NCBI GenBank assembly: GCA_963741295.1
Contig: CAVUHI010000001.1
Coordinates: 18,275-82,274, forward strand
Reading direction: 5' to 3'
DNA length: 64,000 bases
DNA from: Candidatus Bathyarchaeota archaeon
GTDB taxonomy: Archaea; Thermoproteota; Bathyarchaeia; Bathyarchaeales; Bathycorpusculaceae
Below, piece after piece: positions 1 through 10,712 of this stretch; position 1 is the stretch's first letter, and the number at the start of each line of letters is the position of its first letter. Both the position numbers and the translations under genes were made by a program. Below the pieces are notes generated by a model, which was not told the DNA's origin, did not search any database, and was given only the letters and a program-made list of their open reading frames with translations.

Positions 1-1282
1 CGCATCTACATCGACCACATGGACAACACAATTTATAGCGTCAACACTCAATACGCAGGCAACTCAGTAGGCTTCAAAAAACTTGCTTTTCGCTTAGCAA
101 TTCGCAAAGCCAGCAGTGAAGGTTGGCTAGCAGAACACATGCTGCTCATGGGCGTGTTTGGTCCAGGTGGACGCAAAACCTACTTTGCAGGAGCTTTCCC
201 AAGTGCTTGCGGAAAAACCTCAACTGCCATGCTTTCGGGCGAAACCATACTTGGAGACGACATTGCTTACATCCGTGACATCGACAGTGCTGCGCGCGCG
301 GTGAACGTTGAATCAGGCATATTCGGTATCATCCAAGACGTTAACCCCAAAGACGACGCATTAATCTGGAAAGTGCTAACTAATCCAGGCGAAATCATCT
401 TCTCAAACATCCTTGTAAAAGACGGCAAACCTTACTGGCTGGGCATGGGACAGGAACTGCCCAAAGATGGGTGCAACTACAGCGGAACATGGTATGACGG
501 CAAAAAAGACGAAACAGGCAACGACGTTCCAGCAGCAAACAAAAATCGCGCGTTATGCAGTAGCGCTTAAAGCACTCGAAAACGTTGACCCAGAACTGGA
601 TAATCCCAACGGTGTCGAACTTGGCGGCATAATGTACGGCGGACGCGACGTCAAAGCTTACGTGCCTGTTCAGCAAAGCTTCAGCTGGGACCACGGCATA
701 GTCGCATACGGTGCCTCGCTGGAAACAGAAACCACGTTCGCAACCATCGGCAAAGAAGGCGTACCAGAAATCAACATGATGAGCATCCAAGATTTTATCA
801 GCATTCCGATGGGCAAAAACGTCCACAACAACTTGGACTTCGGAAGAAAACTCAAAAAACAACCAATAGTCTTCGGCGTCAACTATTTCCTTAAAGAAGC
901 CGGCACGGGCAAATACCTCAACAGCCCACAAGACAAACACGTTTGGATCAAATGGATGGAACTGCGAGTCCATAACGAAGTCGGCGCATTAAAAACACCA
1001 ACAGGATACATACCGAAGTACGATGATCTCAAAAAACTATTCAAATCGGTCTTAGGTAAAAACTACGCAAAAGAAGACTACATCAAACAATTCACCATAC
1101 GCGTCCCCGAAAACCTAGCAAAGATCGAGCGCGTCCAAAGATTCTATCAAGAAAATGTCACTGACACCCCACTGGAAATGTTCGGCATACTCTACCTACA
1201 ACGCCAACGCTTACTCGAAGCCAAAGAGATGTACGGCGATTATATCTCGCCCGAAAACTTTGAAAAAGAAGCAGAGAGTTAA
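1..1282 (+). CDS. pckG: GTP-dependent phosphoenolpyruvate carboxykinase, 5'-truncated by the window edge, one frameshift near 540-570
   Basis: Motifs GWLAEHM, AFPSACGKTS, GDDIAY and FGVNYF. ORFs 19..570 and 467..1282 are consecutive parts of one protein. Confidence 0.93.
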
Positions 1283-1425
1283 TTGCAAAGATGGCGAATA
1301 AAACAAACTTTTTTCCCCTTTCTTGCGTCATCCTTTTAAATGAATGTGACATAACTGAATTAAAAATTCATAATTGTTAATAAATAAAAACAGTCATGAA
1401 AATTCAAAGAAAAGAGTGATAGAAA

Positions 1426-1659
1426 ATGATGATGAAAAAGCTGGACAAAAAAACCTTGACGTACAAAATAAACATGGCCACTGTTGAAGAAGATGGTTCG
1501 TTCCAGTGTCCCAAATGCGGACTCTCGATATCACCTGATGACGAATCGGAAGAGAACTATCAAATCTTGGAAACAAAAATCGTCAACGACGAACTATCGG
1601 AGTTAATGATTAGCTGCAACAAATGCAGAAGTACCATAAAAGTTACTGGTTTCCAGTAG
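1426..1659 (+). CDS. small Zn-ribbon protein
   Basis: CPKC...CNKC pair in a 77-aa ORF, followed by a T-rich terminator-like tract. Confidence 0.75.
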   Translation: MMMKKLDKKTLTYKINMATVEEDGSFQCPKCGLSISPDDESEENYQILETKIVNDELSELMISCNKCRSTIKVTGFQ

Positions 1660-1785
1660 ACTTAGAAAATTAAACCGTTCGACCAATTCTTTAGTTAATT
1701 TTTATTTGTTGGCGAAAGCTTGGAAATTTTTTGAATTAGATAGCGTTGGTAGGGTAGCGCAGAGTGTTCTTTACATTGAGTTCTG

Positions 1786-2047
1786 GAGTTAAAGTTGAAA
1801 GAAAAAAAAATCGTGGTTTAAAAAAATTGTCATTTTTCTTCTTCTAATCGACAGCGGTCTTTCAACAAAAACATGAGACTTCAGAAGCCTGCGATCTCTC
1901 CTGTCTTTTGTTAGAAGAAGAAAAACGGCTTTTTCCAACGGGAAAGTTTTCCTTCTTCTTTCAAAGACCATTTACTCTGCATTTTTCTATCTGAGAGAAG
2001 AAGACACCACACCATCACTTCTTCTTTCAGAATATTCTGCTGACTCT
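1786..2047. repeat. non-coding triple-hairpin element, copy 1
   Basis: 1786-1870 aligns directly to 59691-59770. 1883-2047 aligns to the reverse complement of ~59773-59952. Arms are GAAGAAG.../...CTTCTTC. Confidence 0.8.
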
Positions 2048-2170
2048 AACAGCAACTGTCTTTCCCGCTCAGTTAATCCAAGAAAACCAAAAGTTTCTGC
2101 TGATTTACTCTGAAAGTCAAGTTGTCAACAGCAGTCAAGGCAAATATTTTATTCTATCCTCAAACAGTAT

Positions 2171-2809
2171 TTGTTTGGGATTAGAATGCTTGTTGAAACT
2201 TTTACTGTGGGCATGTTGTCAGCGAACTGCTACGTCGCGAGTTGTCCAGACACAAAAGAAGCCATCATAATTGACCCGGGGCTTGACTTTCCTTCCGAAG
2301 CTCAACCAATCTTTGAGTACATAGAGGAAGCCCAGTTGAAAGTCAAATTCATCGTTGACACTCATGGCCACTCAGATCACGTGAAAGGCAACATTGTTTT
2401 CCAAGAAAAATACAACGTTCCCATCTATATTCATCCCTTAGATGCCCATTTCATCGAAGGAGCAGAAAAAGGCAAGCTCCAAGCCAACGTTATGATAAAT
2501 GAAGGCACTTTTCTCCAATGCGGAGGCGAAACCCTCAAAGTCATTCATACACCCGGACACACTCCTGGCAGCATTTGCCTTGTGGGCGAACACCTCATTT
2601 TCACGGGAGACACATTGTTTGCAGGGGGCATTGGCAGAACTGATTTTCCAGGTGGCTCAATGAGCGATATGGCAGCTTCTTTAGAGAAACTGACCCATTT
2701 CCCCGATTACTTACTGTTGTATCCTGGGCATGGGGAAACTTCTATGCTTGGAGAAGAAAAAAGAACAAACCCATTCCTGAATAACAAAAGCGAAAAGATG
2801 CTATTTTAA
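2171..2809 (+). CDS. metallo-beta-lactamase-fold hydrolase (glyoxalase II-like)
   Basis: THGHSDH, HTPGHT, FTGDTLF and PGHG motifs. Confidence 0.92.
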   Translation: MFGIRMLVETFTVGMLSANCYVASCPDTKEAIIIDPGLDFPSEAQPIFEYIEEAQLKVKFIVDTHGHSDHVKGNIVFQEKYNVPIYIHPLDAHFIEGAEKGKLQANVMINEGTFLQCGGETLKVIHTPGHTPGSICLVGEHLIFTGDTLFAGGIGRTDFPGGSMSDMAASLEKLTHFPDYLLLYPGHGETSMLGEEKRTNPFLNNKSEKMLF

Positions 2810-3835
2810 TTATAAGTTGGGTGGGTTTTGACTGATTTCCTGTAGAGCCCTCAACCGTTTAATTATGTTAGGGTGGGTAGAGAATATCTCAGCGAACTTG
2901 TCAACCGACGAGGGCTGTTTGCCAAGGGTTTCTCGTAGCAGGTCTTCTTTGTTTGTTATGCGGTTTGAGTTTAGTTCTGCATAGTCTGCAGTTGCGCGAT
3001 CGGGGTCAGCAATGAAGAGAGCTTTGTAAGAACTGTTGCTTTTCTTCTCATTCTTGTTTGGTTTGCCAACGCGTTTGCTCTCTTGCACGATGGTTACTAA
3101 ACCTGTGGAGAGTTTCTGAGCACCATTTTCAACGATTAATGCGCTGTGCCTGTCGGCGTAGTATTCGCGTAGGCGGCTTAGATAGAGTGTAAATAGGGTG
3201 AGGACCCATGAGAAAGCCATGAATGCGATGCCGAATAACGCGTTGTTTCCGCCGCCTCCGTTTTTGCGGTCCGTGTTACCGCCGCCGAACATGCCTGAAA
3301 GCATCATGGAATAACCTATATAGTAGAACAATGCGGGCAGGAAAGAAACAACCATCATAACTTGAACGTCACGGTGTTTTAGGTGACCTAGTTCATGGCC
3401 TATTACGGCTTCGACTTCTCCACTGTCCAGGTTCTGGAGGAGTCCTTGGGTGACGGCGACACGGCTTCCAGTTAAGGGTGAGCCATATGCGAAGGCGTTT
3501 GGCAGTGGGATTTGGGAAAGCATGAGTTTTGGGGCTGAAATTCCACTTTTTCGGCTCAAATCGGAAACCATCTGATGGACTTGGAGGTTTTCATTCTGAG
3601 GCATTTCTTTTACTTTGTAGATCCAGCCGACAAGGTACGGTGACAACAGCCACTGTCCGACGTTAAGGACTACGACTAAAGCGCCTACAGTGATTAAATT
3701 GAAGTATCCTACCCAAAGGAGCACCGCTGAGAAAACCAAGGTTGTTAAACCAAAAATGGCGGCGAGTGTAGCAACCATCGAAAAGCGAAGCTTCCAAGCA
3801 TTCATGCATCGGTCACCGTTCACCAAACGTCTCAA
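2810..3835 (-). CDS. htpX: M48 zinc metalloprotease HtpX (start probably 3805)
   Basis: PNAFAYG, HELGH, SRLREYYAD and FSTHP motifs; TM helices. Confidence 0.93.
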   Translation of the reverse strand: MRRLVNGDRCMNAWKLRFSMVATLAAIFGLTTLVFSAVLLWVGYFNLITVGALVVVLNVGQWLLSPYLVGWIYKVKEMPQNENLQVHQMVSDLSRKSGISAPKLMLSQIPLPNAFAYGSPLTGSRVAVTQGLLQNLDSGEVEAVIGHELGHLKHRDVQVMMVVSFLPALFYYIGYSMMLSGMFGGGNTDRKNGGGGNNALFGIAFMAFSWVLTLFTLYLSRLREYYADRHSALIVENGAQKLSTGLVTIVQESKRVGKPNKNEKKSNSSYKALFIADPDRATADYAELNSNRITNKEDLLRETLGKQPSSVDKFAEIFSTHPNIIKRLRALQEISQNPPNL

Positions 3836-3898
3836 GGACGCTTATAACTTTTATGCGCTAACGCTAACGATCCATCCTTTAAATGACTCGCCAGAAAA

Positions 3899-4624
3899 TC
3901 ATTTCGCTTCAACAATTAAGATGAGGCGCGGCGATTGAGAGCTGAATTTTCCATTTTCGTAATCGCCATAAACTTCCTTAACTTCAAAACCAGCGCTTTT
4001 CAACATGCCCTCAAGCTCAGTGCGCTCGTACAAACGAACTTTATGTTCAAAAGTAGATAGCTGACAGTTTAACTTGTCTTGAATAATCCACAAATCGCAT
4101 AACCAATCGCCCTCGGGGCTAACGGTCCTTTTTTGTCGTAGGAAAAAGCGAGGGTATTCTTTCTGTTTGTCAGGCTGGTTTTTGTCTTTGTATTTTTGGG
4201 TTAGTTCTTGACGGTTAAAAACATCGATGACGAAAACGCTTCGTTTTCCAAGCACCCTTTTTATTTCAACCAAACTAACCATATCCTCCTCTTCCGTAGG
4301 CAAATACCCAAAGCTCGTGTCTACGCTTATGGCAGCTGCAAATGCTTCAGCCTTAAACGGCAAAAATCGCATATCTCCCCTGACCAATTGGGTTTCTTTG
4401 GAATGTTGCTTGGCGATTCTAAGAAGGTTCAATGAAACATCTAACCCCACCATGTGATGCCCTTGTTGGCTTAGAGGAATTATATGCCGCCCCGTTCCAC
4501 AAGCAACATCCAAAACAATCATGTTGGGTTCAAGGTGTTTTTTTAGGAATTTCACTTGCTTTTCCGTTTGGTTTTGATCCGCCATTTCAGCCCAGTAAAC
4601 GCCCATTTCATCAAAAACGTTCAT
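3899..4624 (-). CDS. class I SAM-dependent methyltransferase
   Basis: VLDVACGTGRH and GDMRFLPF. Confidence 0.9.
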   Translation of the reverse strand: MNVFDEMGVYWAEMADQNQTEKQVKFLKKHLEPNMIVLDVACGTGRHIIPLSQQGHHMVGLDVSLNLLRIAKQHSKETQLVRGDMRFLPFKAEAFAAAISVDTSFGYLPTEEEDMVSLVEIKRVLGKRSVFVIDVFNRQELTQKYKDKNQPDKQKEYPRFFLRQKRTVSPEGDWLCDLWIIQDKLNCQLSTFEHKVRLYERTELEGMLKSAGFEVKEVYGDYENGKFSSQSPRLILIVEAK

Positions 4625-6215
4625 GCTGCCGTTTCCGCCTTACCAGCAAAAATGCCAAAATTCCAAGCGCAATTATAATTGCAAGGATAATGGCTGCAAT
4701 GTATTCAGGGTTTGTTGAAGTTCGAGTTGGTGAAGTTGTAGTGGTTGGCGAAGATGTGGAGATTGATGGAGGGGGCGATGGACTTTGGGAAGGTGCTGTT
4801 AATGGAGTTAGGGTTGAGCCTGCCGCTATAGTGTAGTCTTGTGTAGGGGCAGCTGAGTTTGGCGAAGTTAGAAATGGCTCATAAGTAACGTTGCCCAGGG
4901 CAGAGTCATTTTTGCTGTCGTAGATGGTTTGGTTGATAAATTCGGTGTCGTTTGTTCCCCACCAGTTGTTGGTGGCATCAACATTTCCAGTTAACGAATA
5001 ATTGTCGAATTCGCCTGACGCAAAATTGTATTGACTACTGTTTTGAATGTTGTTATAGCTGCAATTGGTTCCAAGGACACCATAACTGTTATTGAAGATG
5101 GTATTTTCAGTGATAATGCCTCCTAAGACGCCGTATTGATTTTTAGCAATTAGGTTTCCCTGGATTATACTTGGAGGGTTTGCCTGAATTCCATAAGTGT
5201 TGTTAGAAACGACATTTTCCATGATTGTAGCTTTATTACCGTTTCCGTATGGATTCGGTACTTGAGCATCTTCTGAGTTTACAAGAATTCCCGCTGTTGA
5301 ACATCCAGAAATGATGTTTAGCAAAATTGTTGCTCGGGAGGACCATCCATAAAGAGTTGGGTTGAGGTCTGATTTCATGTTTATGCCGATTTGTGATGCT
5401 GTAATTTCGTTGTTCTTGATTGTAGTTTCAATTAAGCCTACGGAGGATGATGGAGCTATGTTTATTGCCGTATCCATACTGGTAATTGTATTGCTGGAAA
5501 CGGTCGATGTCCCACTTGAAATAGTAATGCTCCCTTGAATGAAATTATTTGAAACTATGCAGTTTCCAACAAGGTTTAGGCTTCCAGTTATGTTATTGTT
5601 TTGTGCTGAAGCAAATGGGGCAACGTCACCCAATACGTTATTGTTTAGAATTGTGTTCGCGCTTACGTCACCGATTATGGTGCTGCCTGAAATAACGTCG
5701 CCGCTGACCTCTCCATTTATGTCACTAAAGGATATGATGCCTGACATACCATTCACGGGGGCTGTAATTGTGCATTGATTTATTTTTGTAGTATTATCGA
5801 TAGATAGTGTTGTAGCGTTAAGAATTCCATTCTGAATTATGCAGCCGGAACCTGTTTGTTTATTGTAGCCGTTGCAGTCTGATGTGAAGCTAAGAGCGCC
5901 TAAATTGAATTGCACAGGATTATTGATAGTGCCTATTGCGACTAAAGTGCCGTTAACTTCAAAGTCGTAGCTTCCCAGGTCCACTATTACTCCAGGCTCA
6001 ATTGTTAAGGTTACGCCTTGATTGACAAAAACATCGTTCGTGAGGATATATGGGTTGCCTGAAGGCGCCCAAGTTATGTCTTGACTTATTGCGCCATTCA
6101 CGTTTGTGGAACCCTGCACTAAATCAATCTGCGTAGAACCAACTAGCATCAATCCAATGACCATTACAGCTATCAGAGAAGCGCCAAAAAATGAGTACTT
6201 ACTCATAATGCTCAA
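4611..6215 (-). CDS. secreted right-handed beta-helix (NosD/pectin-lyase-like) surface protein with C-terminal membrane anchor
   Basis: Signal peptide, N/I/G-rich repeats, NNWWG, Pro/Ser/Thr linker, TM helix plus basic tail. Confidence 0.8.
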   Translation of the reverse strand: MSIMSKYSFFGASLIAVMVIGLMLVGSTQIDLVQGSTNVNGAISQDITWAPSGNPYILTNDVFVNQGVTLTIEPGVIVDLGSYDFEVNGTLVAIGTINNPVQFNLGALSFTSDCNGYNKQTGSGCIIQNGILNATTLSIDNTTKINQCTITAPVNGMSGIISFSDINGEVSGDVISGSTIIGDVSANTILNNNVLGDVAPFASAQNNNITGSLNLVGNCIVSNNFIQGSITISSGTSTVSSNTITSMDTAINIAPSSSVGLIETTIKNNEITASQIGINMKSDLNPTLYGWSSRATILLNIISGCSTAGILVNSEDAQVPNPYGNGNKATIMENVVSNNTYGIQANPPSIIQGNLIAKNQYGVLGGIITENTIFNNSYGVLGTNCSYNNIQNSSQYNFASGEFDNYSLTGNVDATNNWWGTNDTEFINQTIYDSKNDSALGNVTYEPFLTSPNSAAPTQDYTIAAGSTLTPLTAPSQSPSPPPSISTSSPTTTTSPTRTSTNPEYIAAIILAIIIALGILAFLLVRRKRQHERF

Positions 6216-6306
6216 CTAGCAGGGTTACATTAAAATTTATTGAATCTTGTCAACTTCATATTATTTTGGAAAAAGGGCAATGTTTTGGCGCATGCGATTT
6301 CAGTAA

Positions 6307-7059
6307 GTGATTTCGAGCCGCTTAAATATTCAACCAATCATTTCTAAGTCATTGGAGAACCATGCGTTGACCGATAAACAAGAGTGGCAGCACCTCTATA
6401 TGCTCCTAAAACTCGCCGAAATGGGCGCATACAAGCGAACAGCTAAAATCTCAACCGAATACCTGGCGAAGAAACTCGGGATTTCCCAGCAAACCGCATC
6501 ACGCTACCTAATAGACCTCGAGCGTAAAGGCTGGTTACAACGCAACATATCTCCTGAAGGCAGCTTAATCAAAATTGAAGAGCAAGGAATCAGGGAGCTA
6601 CAGAAGTTATATTTGGGACTTAAGGTTTTGATGGAGAAATCTTACCCGCCCTCTGTAACTTTGGAAGGCACTGTTTTTACAGGGTTAGGTGAAGGCGCAT
6701 ACTATATTGGAAAAGAATCCTATCGAAATCAAATCATTGAAAAACTAGGTTTTGAACCATACCCAGGCACGCTTAACCTTAAATTATCATCAGATTATGA
6801 CATCAAAACCCGCATGGAGCTGGATGGATACCCGGCAATTGAAGTGAAAGGCTTCCAAAACCAGGACCGAACCTTCGGGCTGGTGAAATGTTACCCAGCG
6901 GTAATCGGCAATGAAGTGAAAGGAGCATTAGTCACAGCCCTGCGCAGCCACTATGACACTTCCGTGCTGGAGATAATTGCGCCCGTTTGCCTACGAAAGG
7001 CTTTGTGCCTAAAAGACGGCAACAAAGTCAAAGTTGAAGTTTACACTCAAAGTAGCTAA
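6307..7059 (+). CDS. ribK: CTP-dependent riboflavin kinase with N-terminal wHTH (start probably ~6367)
   Basis: HTH LAKKLGISQQTASR, plus GLGEGAYY, PYPGTLN and LEIIAPVCLR. Confidence 0.92.
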   Translation: MISSRLNIQPIISKSLENHALTDKQEWQHLYMLLKLAEMGAYKRTAKISTEYLAKKLGISQQTASRYLIDLERKGWLQRNISPEGSLIKIEEQGIRELQKLYLGLKVLMEKSYPPSVTLEGTVFTGLGEGAYYIGKESYRNQIIEKLGFEPYPGTLNLKLSSDYDIKTRMELDGYPAIEVKGFQNQDRTFGLVKCYPAVIGNEVKGALVTALRSHYDTSVLEIIAPVCLRKALCLKDGNKVKVEVYTQSS

Positions 7060-7688
7060 AAAGGTAAATTAGACTGCCTGTACCTGAATTCGGTTTTCTC
7101 ATTTTTGTTTTTGCGTCTCGAGGCTATCAAATAACCAGCTACTAAACCAAAGATCAGCCCACCTAAGTGTGCCAAGATATTTACGCCTGGTTCCACGTTG
7201 ATGAAGAACAAAAAGAAGGCGAAAACCAGGGCTCCTAGAATGGACTGTCTCACAGAGCGCCGGTCATAAATTACGCACGCGCCAAAAAGTGCGAAGATTG
7301 CGCCTGAAGCTCCAATACCCGCGACATCAAGTGGTCCAAACCCGAGATACAGGAGGTTGCCTGCTAAGCCGCCGAGAAGATAGATACCAAGGAATTCGGG
7401 CAATGAGAACATTTCTTCTCCTCGTAACCCAAAGATTAGAAGGAAAAGCATGTTTCCGACTAGATGGAATATTGAAGCATGGATAAACATTGATGTGAGC
7501 AGTTGGTAGTATGCGCCTCCATACAAAACTAAACCGTTGACTTGCCCCCATTGTGCGTAGATGGTACTGCTTGTTTGAATAGCGTCTCCGCCAATTATTG
7601 CGCCTACAATGTATATGGCTACGTTTAACGCGATTAGAATGTATGTTGGCTTGTACTTCTCGCATCCCATAAGCTTGCAACCAATCAT
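7056..7688 (-). CDS. rhomboid intramembrane serine protease
   Basis: HLVGNM, GASGA and AHLGG motifs. Confidence 0.92.
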   Translation of the reverse strand: MIGCKLMGCEKYKPTYILIALNVAIYIVGAIIGGDAIQTSSTIYAQWGQVNGLVLYGGAYYQLLTSMFIHASIFHLVGNMLFLLIFGLRGEEMFSLPEFLGIYLLGGLAGNLLYLGFGPLDVAGIGASGAIFALFGACVIYDRRSVRQSILGALVFAFFLFFINVEPGVNILAHLGGLIFGLVAGYLIASRRKNKNEKTEFRYRQSNLPF

Positions 7689-8143
7689 TTGGAAAGTTTG
7701 TCTATTATTTTCTGTTTAATCTTGGAAGAACTATCTAAAGCATTCTCCGCAAACTTAGCGATTTTCACGACTTTTACGAGCAGTTTATGCTTTGCAATGT
7801 ATGATTGGACTGCAGTTTCCATATCGGTCTGATCGTAGCCTAAAGCGATTATATCTGGCTTGACTTTTCCAATAACCTCACCGATATCAAAGTCCGCGTA
7901 ACCCAGAACTGCTTGGTCAACAACCTTTAAAGACTCCACGAGCGCACGCCGCTGATCCTCAGACATTATGGGTTTTCTGCCCTTCATCTTTTCCACGGTA
8001 CTATCACGGGCTATGACAACTATGAGTTTAGAGTTTTCTCCTCCTACGTTTTTAGCTTCTTCCAGAAACCGTACGTGACCCAGATGCAGCAGGTCAAAGA
8101 CGCCTGAGGCTAAGACAACTTTTCTTTTTGGTTTGTTGGCCAT
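7685..8143 (-). CDS. ribL: archaeal FAD synthetase (cytidyltransferase family)
   Basis: GVFDLLHLGH, LGYDQ and SSSKIK; close to ribK. Confidence 0.85.
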   Translation of the reverse strand: MANKPKRKVVLASGVFDLLHLGHVRFLEEAKNVGGENSKLIVVIARDSTVEKMKGRKPIMSEDQRRALVESLKVVDQAVLGYADFDIGEVIGKVKPDIIALGYDQTDMETAVQSYIAKHKLLVKVVKIAKFAENALDSSSKIKQKIIDKLSK

Positions 8144-8394
8144 TCGAAGTTCACTGCGCCGATTAATCTTAATGCGTCAAGTAGCCCTTCACAGTAAGCT
8201 ACCGAAGTTAAGCTGGTTTCAAGGTTGCCCTGCGTCTTATAATACTTTGCATCCTCCAAATAATCCATCGCATAACTCAAAACAGAAGCTATCACTTCCA
8301 CAGATATGCCTATGGTAGTTTTGTTCTTAGTAAGTTCGATGAATACTTTTTCAGCCATAGAAATATACTTTGAAGTAAGTGCCTCTAAACTCAT
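8110..8394 (-). CDS. DUF357 family protein
   Basis: YLEDAKYY...YCEGLLDALR; usual position next to dph5. Confidence 0.85.
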   Translation of the reverse strand: MSLEALTSKYISMAEKVFIELTKNKTTIGISVEVIASVLSYAMDYLEDAKYYKTQGNLETSLTSVAYCEGLLDALRLIGAVNFEWPTNQKEKLS

Positions 8395-9188
8395 TTCACA
8401 AGTCTCCTAAACTCTGCTGGTGCACCTGCAAAAGCAATTAATGAATCAACCTCCATAAAATGCAACTCGCCAGGGATAATGAGGCTGTAGGGTGGTTCTC
8501 CAAAATCAAAATGCGCTATGTCTTTTATGAAGTCGGCTTTTAGAACGGGGTTATCGCTGCCTGCTCTTGCGATTCCAACCGCAACGGTATCTGGAGTTAT
8601 TACGCCGTTTTTCTTTTTCTGCTCAACCTCTCTCAGAAGCGTTATGGCTTGGTTAATGGTTAAGTACTGGTTTTCCTTAGCTTTCAAATCTAAAAGGCAA
8701 AGCGTGTGTAACCCGATTTTTTTGTTTTGGGCGATAACGTTGTAAGGGGTTTCTGAAAAATTTTCGGGGAAGGGCACTGTGACGGTTTTTCCAAACTTGT
8801 AATTGTGTAATCCAGATAGGCTTATGATTGCGGACATGATGGATATGCCATGTACTATGCGGGTTTTTATTCCCTGTTTTTCTGCGTCAATCCGCAGGGT
8901 AACATGGGTTGTTGCGATGAAGGGGTCGCCCGGAACCAAAAATACTGCTTTGCCTACTTTGGCGGCTTGCAATATTAGTGTTCCATTTTCGTCTTCAAGT
9001 GTTTGCCTTGTAACCACTTGGACTTTTTTGCCGCATAACGCTTCAAACCGTTGCAGGCTAAAGTCAGGCATGCGGCTAGTGTAGTTTTCCATAAAAACTG
9101 TGTCTGCCGATTTGGTTTCCTCTAGACCCTTGACGCTTATGCCTTTTTCATCGTTTAATCCTAAGCCTATGAAGACAAGTTCATTCAA
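8391..9188 (-). CDS. dph5: diphthine synthase
   Basis: FIGLGL, GDPFIATTH, YKFGKTVT and GLHTLCLLD. Confidence 0.95.
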   Translation of the reverse strand: MNELVFIGLGLNDEKGISVKGLEETKSADTVFMENYTSRMPDFSLQRFEALCGKKVQVVTRQTLEDENGTLILQAAKVGKAVFLVPGDPFIATTHVTLRIDAEKQGIKTRIVHGISIMSAIISLSGLHNYKFGKTVTVPFPENFSETPYNVIAQNKKIGLHTLCLLDLKAKENQYLTINQAITLLREVEQKKKNGVITPDTVAVGIARAGSDNPVLKADFIKDIAHFDFGEPPYSLIIPGELHFMEVDSLIAFAGAPAEFRRLVK

Positions 9189-9229
9189 AGTGAGCCCTGA
9201 TGGAATAAGTAAGTGCTTAAAATTTAAAG

Positions 9230-9418
9230 CTATTTTTCTTTAATATCGCCGCTTTCGACCAAAATGTTGTAGTAATACTTGCATGTTCCTGAAGAAAGCC
9301 CGTGGCGCGAGCAAAATATTGTGAGAAGTTCCTCTATGGATTGGTTTGGGGGTTTGTCTTTAACCATTTGTCTTAACTCTTGGATTTTGTGTTTGTCTAG
9401 TTTTTCGCTCATATGCAT
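9230..9418 (-). CDS. small hypothetical protein
   Basis: 62-aa ORF with GAGGT RBS, upstream of dph5. Confidence 0.6.
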   Translation of the reverse strand: MHMSEKLDKHKIQELRQMVKDKPPNQSIEELLTIFCSRHGLSSGTCKYYYNILVESGDIKEK

Positions 9419-9571
9419 CTACCTCTCAAAACGTTTACACTATCATTGTTTCGCTTGTTCAAAACCCTTTTGCTGACAAGTTCTTAGGCTGGAACATTCA
9501 ACCAAACATTTATATGATTTATGTCAACAAGAAACCATGGAATTTAGCGGCATAGCGAAAGGAAACAACCA

Positions 9572-10703
9572 ATGAAGCCCATTGAAAGCCTAATCAGGGA
9601 TAACGTTAAGAATCTAAAGCCCTGTGTACACGGTGCAGAAGTTTTAGGTGCCGCAGAAGAAAGTGGACTCTTGTCGAAGGACATTTTGGATTTCAGCTCT
9701 AGTGTGAACCCGCTGGGTCCATCAAAAAAAGCGCTTGACGCAGCAAAGGCCGCCTTCAGCCTAATTGCAGCTTACCCCGACTCAAACTCCAACGAGCTAC
9801 GACAAGTCATTAGCTAGCCACTATGGAATTAACAAAGGCAATATAGTTGTTGGGAACGGTTCCACCGAACTAATGTACTTGTTCGCAGAGGTCTTCCTCA
9901 AAGAAGGCGACAAGGTAGTAATGTCGGCACCAACTTTCGGCGAATACGAAAGCGCTGTCCGCAAAATTGGGATAACCTCAAAATTCGTGAAATTAAATAA
10001 AGCCTTCAACATCGATGCAGAGGCCTTCAAACGTGAGATGAATGATGCAAAAGTGGTTTTTCTCTGCAATCCAAATAACCCAACTAGTAAACTCATCCCC
10101 CAAGAAACGCTTACAGATATCATTGAAACAGCCCTAAAACAAAACACTCTTGTTTTCCTCGATGAAGATTTTTTAGAGTTTGTTGAAGACGAAAAGAATC
10201 TGACAATGATTGGCAGAATCAAGCAGTATCCCAACCTTTTCATTCTGCGGTCTTTCACTAAGATTTATGGGTTAACGGGTCTACGTGTTGGGTATGGCAT
10301 CGCCAACGAAGAGATCATCAGCGTACTCTCTTGTGCAAAGATTCCCTGGAATGTTAACTGTTTAGCTCAGGCAGCTGCAGTTGCCGCACTAAAAGATGAA
10401 GAACATCTGCGGGTGACGCGAGAACTTATCAAAAAAGAGAAGGCGTTGTTGCTAAGTGATTTAAGTAAATTTGGTTCCTTCAAGTTTTCTCCTCCTGACG
10501 CTAATTTCTTTTTCATTGATATTCGCAAATCTGGCTTAACTGCAGCTCAAATAAAAAGCAGTGTGCTCAAGCAGGGTATTCTAATCCGCGATTGCACCTC
10601 TTTTGAAGGACTAGATGAATTTCATATTCGGGTTGCCGTTAAGACGCATGTGGAGAATGAGAGGTTGATTGAAGCTTTCAAACGGACAGTAAAGGCAGTT
10701 TGA
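9572..10703 (+). CDS. cobD: threonine-phosphate decarboxylase / HisC-like PLP enzyme, frameshift near 9810
   Basis: DFSSSVNPLG, CNPNNPT and RSFTKIYGLTGLRVGY; adjacent to cbiB. Confidence 0.82.
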
Positions 10704-10712
10704 TTCGTCGCC

